Shown in pieces: positions 52,109 to 64,000 of a stretch of DNA of 64,000 nucleotides. Both the position numbers and the translations under genes were made by a program. The notes under the pieces are model-generated. The model saw nothing but the letters and a program-made list of their open reading frames with translations, made no database searches and was not told where the DNA came from. Each line of letters opens with the position of its first letter. Position 1 is the stretch's first letter. Source of the stretch: Antedon mediterranea (lineage: Eukaryota; Animalia; Echinodermata); NCBI RefSeq assembly GCF_964355755.1, contig NC_092679.1:3502201-3566200 (forward strand), written 5' to 3'.

Positions 52109-55100
52109 TTAAGGTAACTTTTCAAGTTGCAATTGTATTCGCTGCCTTTCCTTCTCAATCCCTAACACTCTTACTTCAACTTTGACCCCTGGCCCTAATT
52201 CACGTCCCTTTAAGACATGATTTGGCATTCTGCTTGTATGTATCAGACCATGTTTCTGAACGCCAATATCAACAAAACAACCAAAGTGAGTGACGTTTGT
52301 GATTCGTCCGGGATAGACGCACCCACACTTCAGGTCATCCATTGACATTATTCCCACCTTGAAAAGAGGCTTCTCATATTCTGAAATTTGAAACAAACAA
52401 CACAGCACAATTTGTTATAGTATCATTTATAAATCTGTCTACACTATCAAACAAAAAAGTGTGATGTGCCCAAATATGGTAGTGATATGACATCATTGGC
52501 CCACAATTCATACCTGCTCTGATGTCATATCCTAATGGTTGTTTCAGACCGTCAATGATGAGTTGCATTGTGGGTAAACCAACATCTAGGTCTTCAGCAA
52601 GTGTCTGTACATCTGTAAAGGAGAAAATGCAAAATGTATCAGTTACTATTTTAAAAAATGTATTTTTTTAGTATGTAATAATTGTTGTACAGTCAACTCT
52701 CCCAATACCGGACTCTCCGAAAACTATCCCAATACCAGACTTTTCTTAAAGTCCAAACAGTCCCAAATTCATTTTTACCATTAACAACACATTCCAAAAT
52801 AACAGACTTTCCGAAAAACCAGACATATTTGGCCAGCTCAAAGATGTCCAGTATTGGAAGTGTATAATTAAATGCACTGCATTAATTGTACTACAGCAGT
52901 TACTGTAACGCCGACGGTTTGTACTGATGATGAAATTTGGTTGGTTTCTATGGTAACTGGGGAATGGACGAAAGCTCTGTCTACACTATCAAACTTGTGA
53001 CAAAAAAATGTGCTGTGCCCATATATGGATATGATGACATCATGTCATTATCATATTTGGGCATATCATACTTTTTTTTGTGAAATGTGCACAGAGCTTT
53101 CAAAATGTTGAGGCTGAGTTAGGAATTTTTATTTTAAGAATTGGTACCTTTTGTTTTCAATGCTTTGTTGATTTTGTCTCGCATCTGTGCTAACCCGATA
53201 GATTCTACATCTTCACCAACCATATTTAAGAAACTTTTGAACAAAAAACAGATAGAAAGTCAAGTCCATAGTACCTGCACATGTTACAAATTAAATTGAA
53301 AGAGGCTAACAACACTATTTATGTGATAGAAACGTGATTACAATATTTTTTAATTGTTAGACTTACGCAGTTGCTGATGTATAAGATTCTGGGTGGATCC
53401 ATGTTTTATCCAGTGGATTCACTTCCAAAGACTTGTCCTTTTTTTGTTTAGTTTTTTTAGACCCTTTATTCTCCGATAGAGCTTTCTTTGTCTCTTGTGT
53501 GTTGCTGTAGTTAAAGATAACATTTTACATTTACTTTCTTTATAAATTTACTCTATTAACCTCTATATAATTTCTTTGTAGAATACCATTATTAAAATGT
53601 ATTAAGAAGACATTTTAATAATATTGCATGACATTGATGTCATAAATTAAGGTGTTATAGAGGGCGCTATGTGCATATAGTAAATGGCTTTCTCCAAGTG
53701 GCCGTATTCACATTCACACTTAGGCTAGAGGAAACACTCTTAAAATAAAAAAAAAATCTATTATCTAAGTGAATACAATTTGAGTGAAATATTAAAGGAA
53801 AATATCTCACTTAAATGTGATTGGTGAATCCGGCCATTTCTAGCAATTCATTCTATGTAATACAGTATATTCTTACCTTACTGAGTTGATTGGATCACTA
53901 ATTCTGACAAACCCTGCACACTGCTCATATGACTTTTTTCCGAAACCTTTTATTTGAAGAAGTTGCTCTCGGTTAATGAAGCCGCCATTTTGTTCTCGAA
54001 ACTCAATAATCTTTTTTGCTCTTGCTGTTGTCAGTCCTGCTATTCTCCTACAAAACATACAGCAATCTAACTTAATTATAAACTGTATAGATGAATGTAT
54101 GTCATGAGGAAAAATTCACGAATGATCGGAATCAAAACGGTACGAGCGTTCCTGCTCCCAAAAGTCATCCATTCAGAAAAAGCACTGATGAAGAAAGTAA
54201 CTAGTGACTAATAAATTCGTTAGCGTCATAGAGGTGACGTTGGCATTTAAATAATTCTGTGTAACAGAATGTATTCCTCTCTTTAGACTAGAGAGAGGCT
54301 ATTATTGGTTTATCCAGGTACGCTAGGCACGAAATAGATAAATAAATTACAGAAGTTTACTGTTACCGTAACATGGATTCATTGCAAACGTTTAAGTCTA
54401 TTCCAACAAAACTGACACATTCTTCAATCACTCCGTCCAAAGCGGTTTTCATTAATTTCTCAGGCATATCATGCTGTAAATAAATAATAATAAAATTCCA
54501 GTAAAGCTCTGTCTACACTATAAAACTATATTGACAGAAAAAGTGTGATGTGGCCAAATATGGTAGTAAGATGCTCAAATATGGTAGTGGTGACATCATG
54601 TCCATATATGGGCACTTCACTTTTTTTTTATCACATAAAGTTTGATAGTGTAGACAGGGCTTAAGGCACACATACTCTACCCAACAATTCTCAGTTTATT
54701 TAAGTTACTTTTCCAATTGTTCTTTGAGCATATTGTTTTTACCTGATACATTCCAACTCCGATGTTTTTTGGATTGTTCTTTACTAATTCCACCAAAGGA
54801 TCTTGTAACCTTCTAGCTATGGATACTAAAAGAACAACAAAAACATTTAATTAATGCTGACTATGGAAGGACCTCGTTTCACATAGATATTAATGAAGTT
54901 TCAAGTAAAAAATGAATAATCTTGCGTAATTCAATTCAAAGAACATTCACGTCCAAAAGACAAAAGTAACAAAAACAAAATGGCAAGTGATAAAACAAGA
55001 AAATGGACGAAGGCAAATCCCAAAAAGATTACAATCTTGTAATATATAGAAGGAAATCCAAAAGATATTGATATGGCATCTTTAAGTCTGTAGCCAGGGG

Positions 55101-58100
55101 TTCCTCAGGGGTTCTTTAGGGGTTCTTTAAAACCCTACGCCGTAGGGTTTTAAAGAACCCTTTTCCAGAAAGACGGGGCAATGTTAGTAAATAGGTCTAA
55201 CTCATGAAAATTATTTCCATCTAATCTTATACCTAGTCAGCCAGCAGACAAATGAAATTCATCTACTAGACTAAGCCTAAATTTGTTTTAATTTTAGTTC
55301 CACTTCCACTGTCAAAATCCTGGCTACAGGCTTGGACTCTCATAAAATCTCGTCAATCAACACAATGTGTACTACCAACCTGCACTACGAACATTTGGAT
55401 CCAAATCTGGCATCTCTCTCTCAGCTTCCTCAGACACGCTGTAGATCGAGGCTCCGTCCTCGTTTACGATACTGAAACAATAATAAAAGATATTTATTTA
55501 TTTCTTTCAGTGAAACATAAAAAGTGAGCACTGAGGAGAGACAAGAGCTGTCAAAGACAACTATCGCCAAAGGATGTGTCTATCCAAATCTAATGAACCT
55601 TCATATCTATTGAGTATAAACCATTGACTTACTGTATAATAATATTCTGGGTTTATAAAGAACCTAATGTTGTACGTGAAACCTCTAAGCACTGTACATA
55701 TCATTACCCCGATCATATACTCCTAGCTAGCTAGCTAGCTAGTGGCAATCAGAGCAAAGTTGTGTCTTGACCTTACCAGGTCAGTCAGTGCCATGCTGAA
55801 ATTAGGTTAGAGGTCACAACGCCAATTTGTTTGTAATCACAAGTCAAATTTTGTTACCCTTTGTTGTCAATGTGCGACCATGATACAAGGATTCAGTTTC
55901 AACTTACCAGTACATAACATTCAATGGAGAAAACGCATGAGTCGATATTAGTTCGGAGATTGTTTTCTCAGTTTCTCGACACGCTGTGCCATTGCCAATA
56001 GCAACCATATCAGATCTTTAAGAAACAAACAAAATTAAAAACAATAGAAATAATTCTGCGAAATAAGTGAAATACATAGGTTTGTATTTTTAATTTATGA
56101 CACACCATCAAACTTTGTGAAAACAAAATGTGATGTGCCCATATAAGGACATGATGATGTCATATAACTAACATATTTGGGCATATTACACTTTTTTTGT
56201 CAAATTAGTTTGATAGCGTAGACATAGCTTAATATCCTATAAAAGTATTGGGAGAATTTCCAGTTTTTAGAAAATCTAGCATTGAGAAAGTTTTTATGAA
56301 GTAGGCCTACTACTACTACTCACCGAAAATGTGTAACCATTTCTACAAGTTTTTTTCTCTGTTTTGTATCATATTTGTTTAATAAATAGAGGACATCTGT
56401 ATGTAAAATAGAACCTGAAAAAAAAAACACAACATATTATACAGATATTGACTGCTTAGAGGTGAAATATAAGACTTGACATATATCAAAATATATCATT
56501 GTATTGTTGCTGATGTGTATTGTTATAATATATTAAATAAAAATATCGGTTTATGGTTATTTATATCTTTTACCTGTTTCAGAGATTATTGCAACTTTAC
56601 AGCCATTTTTAAAGCCTGGGTCTAATCCAATGATGACCTTTCCTCGAACTGGGGGCGTGAGAAGAAGTCGTTTTAAATTTTTAGAAAAGACATCAATAGA
56701 AGCCTTCTCGGCAGATCTTGTCAACTCTGACCTAGAAGATTAATATGTTGTGAATATAAGCCCAATGTGGGACAAATACAGTACTGTAATAAGCCTTTTT
56801 CTAAACGTATTTCCATAGATATAAAAATGTTAAATTAGTATGGTACAGATAAGCTCGAACAAATGTCTATCACATGCATCAAATAGGCTAATTACCTTGA
56901 TTAACTTTCATGTCATGGGATTTTTATGCAATTTCTCATGTTGGGATCAGCTGAGCCCATGAAATTGAAAAAAATACGAACCTAATCTGTCTGATGATCA
57001 GTGGATGTATTAGACGTTTAAAAGCATCGTCAATCGCTAGTTTGATCAAATCGTGCACATCTGGTCTAGTCTCTCTCCTGATCCAATGTCGTTGGCACCA
57101 TTGTTTAAATGATGGTTCCACATTTGCTGACAGTTCCAGCTTTACTGTCAATTCTTTCAAAGCGTCACCACGATTAAGAGCCAGTATCTGAAGTAAAAAT
57201 GATTCAGCAAGTGAGCTTGGAATTTAAATTTGGAAGTAGAAGAGTATAAATATGGCAATTAAAGATGACATGGAAAGAAATTAGAAAAACAATAACCTAG
57301 TGTATTTAAAGTCTGATTTAGTAGTTAATCTTCAATGTTCATGTTTTTTGGGGAAAATACTACAAAAACAACTTAATCATTGTTTGTTACCTGGTGGGGT
57401 TTGACATCTCGCACAAGCACCTTAAAATTAAAATAGGTTTCAAACTGTCTGTTAGTTTTATTAGTTTCTTTTTCCTCTTTTTTGGATGATTTGGACTTCT
57501 CAGATGTGACCAGCGTTCTACCATTGGATGTTCTGAAAAAGTTATATTGTTGATGCTAATAAATACTTTTAAAAATTCAAATTCAAAAACAAAGTACCAA
57601 ATCAATATATATATTTAAATCATTGTTTAAAGAACATTTATTATCATTTTACAAATAATTTTAAAAATAATACTTGTTGCAGGATTTAGCTTTTTTTATT
57701 ATTTATGTTTAAGTTTTTTAGGCTAGTTAGGGACATAGGGGGACACAACTAATCAAGCTCTTTTGAGTTTTTATGTGTTTCCTTTTCATCTTTTTTATGT
57801 TCTCATATTGTTGTTGTATATTTTCATGATTGAGGATGAATAAAGAATATTTGAATTTGAAATTTAGGTAATAATTTAGCTACATATTTTAGTATACTAT
57901 ATGTTTTTTGTTATGTGAAATTATGAAATGATAGGAGATTTCTTTTACAATTTAGACTGAGTGTGGGAAGATTTGTGGCGAATCCAGGAAAAAGGGGGAG
58001 GGGAAAGCAGGTGGCCTAAAAATGGTAAAATGAAGGGCTGAACTTAAATTGATGTCCTATCTTTTGCATTACAATATTCAAAATTTAGGATCCGCTCCTG

Positions 58101-59826
58101 GATCCAGCAGGTAGAACTAGGGACATCATACTCTCCTTTTTACAGCTAAAATGAAATATAAATTGATTTCTACATTTATATTTTTGACAGTTTACCACAA
58201 TCATGGTTTTGCTCTGAATACAACTTTGTAAAATACTTACAATTGTCTTATATAATCCATGGTGTCTTTATCTTTGGCAATGACATCTGCTAGAATATGT
58301 TGTACACCTTGTTTTACTTTTTCAATTGTACTACAACCTGAAACAATCAAATAACAATCCAATATTGTTCATTAAAACATCCATAGATATGACAGTTAGT
58401 CATTAAGTAAGGACCTCACCCCACCATATTATATAGTTTTCTCAGTGGGTATACTGTATAAGCTATGATGTCGATTATTGGCTTACCTTCGATCGAGTTG
58501 TTTATGAACTCATGAAGATTAAGTTGCGCATTGTTTAGCGCCCTCGTGGCTGCTGGTTCAAGTCCTGCCTTTTTTGCTCTTTCCGCAAATGAACTTTTAC
58601 TTCCAGTTTTGAATGGAGCATACTAACAAGAAAAAAAGAAATTAACTTTAGAAGGCGAGTGAATGTATATTCCGTATGGTGTGTCAATACCCTTATTATT
58701 ATTATATGTATAAACTGCCATGTGCAGCAAAATGATACTTACAATGTGATCTAAATCATCTAACGAACGGGCTTGTAGGATACTTCTCTCAACATCTTTC
58801 GACATTTTACCTTGTTTTTCAATTTGCTTATGAATGCTCTTTGCTTTGGTTTCTACCATTCTAAAAATAAAATTTGTATAAACATATTTTAGCTATGATA
58901 TGTATGCAAATTATGGAAAATTAAATCCAGTGACAACTTCCCAAAAACGAGAAGTTTATTGAAAGTATTTATTTATTTTTCATTTTATTAAATCATGTTT
59001 CATGAGGGTAGCCCATCAACCAAAAGTAATACAAGAATTCAATATATACACAAAGGTTCAACATGCTAATATGTACAAATAAAAAAAAAAAAAAACACCA
59101 AGCAAAATTTAAAAAGAGGCACAGGTCAGAATACTAGTTAAATATAGGTCATGAATCTCTAAGGAGAAGATATTGTTTAAAATTTTTGCGACAAGTGAAT
59201 GCATTGAGCAAAATTTCCTACAGTAGATTGGCGAATAAATTAAGGACGGGAGATTATATAACACTATGCGCATAATACCGTAGTTCATCGAGTAAAAACT
59301 GTACTTCACGTATTTGTTTAACTTCCATGTTGTTCGTTTGCTCTTTTCGATAGCGTGCTATGAAAGGGACCGTGTGATCAGTTTCCAACAATTTGACAGT
59401 GTTCGATACAGCCCAGTATGGTTCATTGACCTGTGACATGATTATTTCATACAACTGATCTCCTAGTTTTAACATGCCATCCTCATCATTGTTTGATGAT
59501 TTCTTCACATCCTTACTAGGGTTATTTTTCTGTACTGTTTTTCTTTCCTTCTTTATTTCACTTTTTATCCTCTTTGTTTCAGAGCATCCTTCAAGTTGTA
59601 AAGAGTCCTCATCTTTTGACCTTTTCACGCCCTTTGACCTCTTCATATCCTGTTTTTCACTTTTTATTTCCTTTTTCTTGATTCCAGACGTTTCTTCATT
59701 ATCATCTTCGTCTAACCCAATCTTGTGCAGTACAACTTTTGGACTAAGTTTTTTTCTTTTCACTTGTTTATTTACAATTGGACTCATGTCCCTTTTTCTC
59801 GGTTCCTCCTTTACTGTCTTAGCCAT
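52109..59826 (-). CDS. SRBD1: S1 RNA-binding domain protein 1 (Tex family), about 17 coding exons
   Basis: Exons read [120 protein letters not shown], and a final S1 domain ([13 protein letters not shown]). Internal exon boundaries approximate. Confidence 0.92.
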
Positions 59827-60329
59827 TGTTTTAGTTTACCTAGTCCTAGAGTAAAAAAAACTGCAAGAAGTTATTAAAAGCATGTGTAATTTTAGTCAAA
59901 AACATTGATTGCTTTCCGTATTTGGTCGTACTTCATTTCAGTCACATAAAATGTATACATGTAGTGTACATGTATATATTTTACATTGTACTATACTGGC
60001 CTAGCAACCTCTCTGTCACTGTGCACATTAGGACCAACTAGGCCCCTCAATCAAACTAGCTAGGCCTAAGCCTTAGGCTACTATAAGGCCCATGCCTACC
60101 TAAGAAATGTATGGTCAAGGTATTGATAAATTAAATTACTACATCAATTATCCAATAATAAATGTTTTTAAATAAATCTCTGTTGTTGTGTATTACGTTT
60201 TTAACTGCTGATTGTACACTTTAGTTTGCAAAGGTTTTATTTTGAAAAAAATTCATGCAACACGACCAAATCATAATTTTAACTACTGCCCTCATACTGA
60301 ACTACTAAAAAAAAAGAAACTTGTACTTC

Positions 60330-60425
60330 TTAGTACGCGTGCGTGTGTACGGAACGCGCTTCCGATACGCACTTCCGTTTCACCATATACGCACGCACAT
60401 CCGGAATGCACGTCGCGTGTGAAAC
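60330..60425. promoter_or_regulatory. CpG-rich promoter patch upstream of SRBD1, possibly bidirectional
   Basis: Local CpG cluster with ETS-like cacttccg and ccggaa in an AT-rich background; plus-strand donor cag|gtaag at 60871. Confidence 0.45.
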
Positions 60426-63400
60426 TTTTATACAATCTGCTGATACATTTCACAACCTAATATTAATAACAACAGTTTCAGAAGAAGAGATACTGACGTT
60501 TCATAAAATAAAAGTTTGTTGTTGTTTATTAATCAGAAATAAAAGGACGAATAAAATTATAAAACAGATACATAATGACCCAAGGTCGTCTAATAAAATA
60601 GAGCTCTGAACCCTTGATATCAAATAAATGACATAGGTGGTAAACTTACGCCCTATGCTGATCTATTCTTAATTACTGGAAACAGAGGGAGGAGGTTCAT
60701 TACACTGAAATACCAAACGATGCTCAAATTGTAGGCCAAATTACGAGCGACGCGGAGGAGCTGATGCTGAGAATCTACTCTCTCTGGTTTAGCGTGCGTG
60801 AACTTCTCATAGCCTACTAAATACATGCCTGATTAGTGCACCAGAGTGGATAAGTTAAATACATTTTGCAGGTAAGAATTCTGTGTAAGATATCATTTTA
60901 ACCATGGATGCTTTTAGTGTTTGTTTTCAATCATTTATATGCTGTATTTATAAGCAAATTCATAAAGGAAATTCTTTGTTTTCTTCTTCCGGAGGAGGTG
61001 TGTGTACTCGATAAATCACCGGCGGGTGAGGTACGATTCGACCAGCATGTGTAAGAAGGATCCTTATGAATGGGTATGGGTGGGTGATATAGACGGTAGA
61101 CTAAGGATGGATAACGTTTTAAGCAGCCTAGGCCAATTACACTGTATTACAGTGTGCATGTATAAAAACCCAATTAAACTTAAAATTCTTAATCTCAAGT
61201 CATTAAATTATATGTTTTTTAACCCCATATACTGTAGTATGAATTTTGTAGGCACAACAATCAAATTGTCTCCTGTCAAACAAAAAATATGCATCTTCAA
61301 TTTTTTTAGCATGTATGGACACCAATTTTGTATTGCATACATTTTGTATTGCATACATTTTGTTTGCATCTAATGCAGTGTGGTGAATTATGATACCGAA
61401 TCGATGCATTTGCATTGTAAAATAAATCATGCTTTGTAATCTTATCAATGAATTGCTACGCTACGCTACTGCGGTTCTTCTTTCCCAGGCATTAAAACCG
61501 GTACTTGCTTTTTGTTCTTCCTGACCTCTGATTGGCTGATGCCTGCGATATTGGTACGATGATCTTTCATTCCAGTGTGTGCATCGTATGCCCTCTGTTG
61601 ATAACGTAACAACCGATACCGTTCACTGTGATAGAGGTTTCTGCAATGTTTGTACCCAGAACAATCTTCTGCATCCCAAAGGCTTAATACTCATACTATT
61701 CCCTACATGCTTTTATGTTTAATTATTTATTATACTCGTAACTTGTAAAAAAAACTACTTTTATATGTAGAAGTAGTAGTTTATATCATAAATACCCATC
61801 TGGATTTTACCAGGCCCTACCGGATGCAAATTATAGTAGGGCCCGGCCCACATCTCATATTGCAGGTAGAGCCTAAAATATTCCACATTTCTTAGAAAAC
61901 TTGCATATTATACATAGTATTACTATTTAATACAGTTTTGCAAAGCAAAATAATATGTATTTAAACAGTTGAATTTCTCATGGTTTAGCTTAATTTTATC
62001 TCTTTACCAAAACACTAGTAAAAGGCTACTTAGGATTTTAACAATTGTTAATGTATAAACAGTATCTGAGGTGGTTTTACCTTGTGATGCGCCTCTGTAA
62101 AATATAAAAAAAAAACCTTTAAAATATGAATTTAAAAAAACTGTACTGTTGCATCATGGAAGAATTATTTAGATACTGTAATCCCTCCATGTGATACTGT
62201 ACTAAGTTTATCCAAATACTGTAGAAGTATTGGTTAATGTTTCCCTGAACCTACTGTACCTACCTCTCATTGGTTGAAGAAAAGACCATAACATGGTTTA
62301 CTTTTTGAAAGTTCATAAATCATACAACCATACCACAGCACTATCATGATTCACTGGTTTGTGGTGAACATTTAAAATCTAGTATTATACAACATCCTGC
62401 CTGCAGTTGGTTAGATGGCTCACCATGCAACTCAATTTGTGTTTGAAAAGGAGTAAATTTATGACAAACTATCATTTTTATTAGCGAAAAATCACACTTT
62501 TATTTTGTTAGCTATTTTTTTTTTCCAATTTGTTAAATATATTTATAAATGTTAGTCATCATAATAAAAATTAGCTAAACTTGCTGGTTCTTGTTCCTAC
62601 AAGTAAGATAATAATATAATAATGCTAATTATGCTATATACAACATTCTTTGTTCACGCTTGAGTAAATCTATTCATGAATATTCATAAGGTATGCTAAG
62701 CCACCAATCATATCATTAGCGTATAGGGAATATGTATTTTTAATATTCATGACATCATAGTATACTCGTTCCTGCACAGACAAGTTTCCTTCATGCATCG
62801 GTGCACACACACATTGCTATATATATAATTCAGTATTTAGCGATGCGATAGTCATTTTGTAGTTCAAAGCTAAGCACCATGTCTTTGAGACTTAGAAGCA
62901 GGTTTGCTGGTAGAAATCTAAGGGATAGGACTTCATTGGTAAGCATTTTACATTGAATTTTGTGCTTAGTTTGTGACAGCAGCTCAGTACTACTGTATAA
63001 GCATAGAGATATTAATGGTATAAGTAGGTGCTAACATATTCAACAGTAAGATAACACAGTTCGTTGGGGGTTGGGTGTTTGTTTTGTTAAGCCTATATAT
63101 GTAGTAAACAATATATCTAGCATTCTTTAATACAAGAGATAAGTTATGGTTCACGGGTCATCTACACTGTATATATTTCATTTGTAAAGCATAAAATAGT
63201 GGTATTGCGAGTGTGTTGCTTTATAATATGATGTGTTAAAATGTATTTCACCATGAAGTACACATACCGGATACACGCTAGTACTGTACCATTGCAGTTT
63301 AGTGGTGGGTGTCAAAAAGTAATGGGTGGGTGAAAAAAAGCATATTTTCAGGTACACAGAAGTTGTTTGGTTGGTGCTGTGTTGATGTTTGACTGGGTAA

Positions 63401-63618
63401 AAGATGGGTATTCCCACCCAACTTCACCCAGCAGCACAATTACCTTATTGTTTTTTAAATACAGACGATGATTAACTGTGTTATGCAAAACCTAATGGCA
63501 ATGATTTATGATCATTTTATTGTTGGTCGCACTCTAAATATTGCTGCCTTAGTTGTTTGTTGATTAAACATAAATTATTGGTTATTTGATTAAACATTTA
63601 TTTTTACAGAAGTTAAAA

Positions 63619-63654
63619 ATGGCTGACGAAGACAGTCAACTTACGCCACCAAAA
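63619..63654 (+). CDS. Probable first coding exon (MADEDSQLTPPK) of an unidentified gene continuing beyond the window
   Basis: tttttacag acceptor, aaaATGG start context, gtaag donor; only 12 codons. Confidence 0.45.
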
Positions 63655-64000
63655 GTAAGCTTATCAATGACTTATGTTCAACCAATATGAATATTAATTG
63701 ACACTATCAAGGCTGCATACATTTTCTTTTATAGTTTATATTCTAAATTGAATACCACTGCATATAATCCCATGCTCGAGTATAATCCCATGCTCGAGTA
63801 TAATCCTTCTTTAGTAAATCCATTCTTAATGCAATCCGATTATAATCCCACCCCCTATGTTCACCAAATTTAGTACCCAAAGACTATTTTTGTTTATATA
63901 CAGTACTAATATTTAACAATTTGTTGATCTTAATTATATGAGATGAATTTTCCAAAACACATATACTTACTGTAAGTTACTACCTGTACATTACACCACC

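Overview
AT-rich, intron-containing animal genomic DNA, probably an invertebrate deuterostome such as an echinoderm (inferred, not proven). Spliced genes read by hand from GT-AG exons, left to right: ECH1 (+, ends in PTS1 SKL); EFCAB2/DRC8 (-); a head-to-head hnRNP U/UL1-family gene (+); a PLAC8/cornifelin-family gene (-) that the ORF track misses and whose last exon looks frameshifted; a single same-strand replication-dependent histone set H2A-H1-H4-H3-H2B-H2A with stem-loops; SRBD1 (-); and the first coding exon of an unidentified gene (+). The strongest hidden structure is five near-identical 76-nt box C/D snoRNAs plus one decayed copy, one per intron of the hnRNP U gene. They look like SNORD38/snR61 but carry a second antisense element matching the adjacent 28S rRNA segment. 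Other non-obvious features: a 4.2-kb Academ-type foldback transposon, a palindromic Penelope insertion, minimal hammerhead ribozyme motifs (one between H2A and H1), an H2A gene bracketed by inverted repeats, C2H2 zinc-finger and H2A pseudogene fragments, and many MITEs and SINEs. All coordinates and alignments were done by eye, and family assignments are from recall, not database searches.
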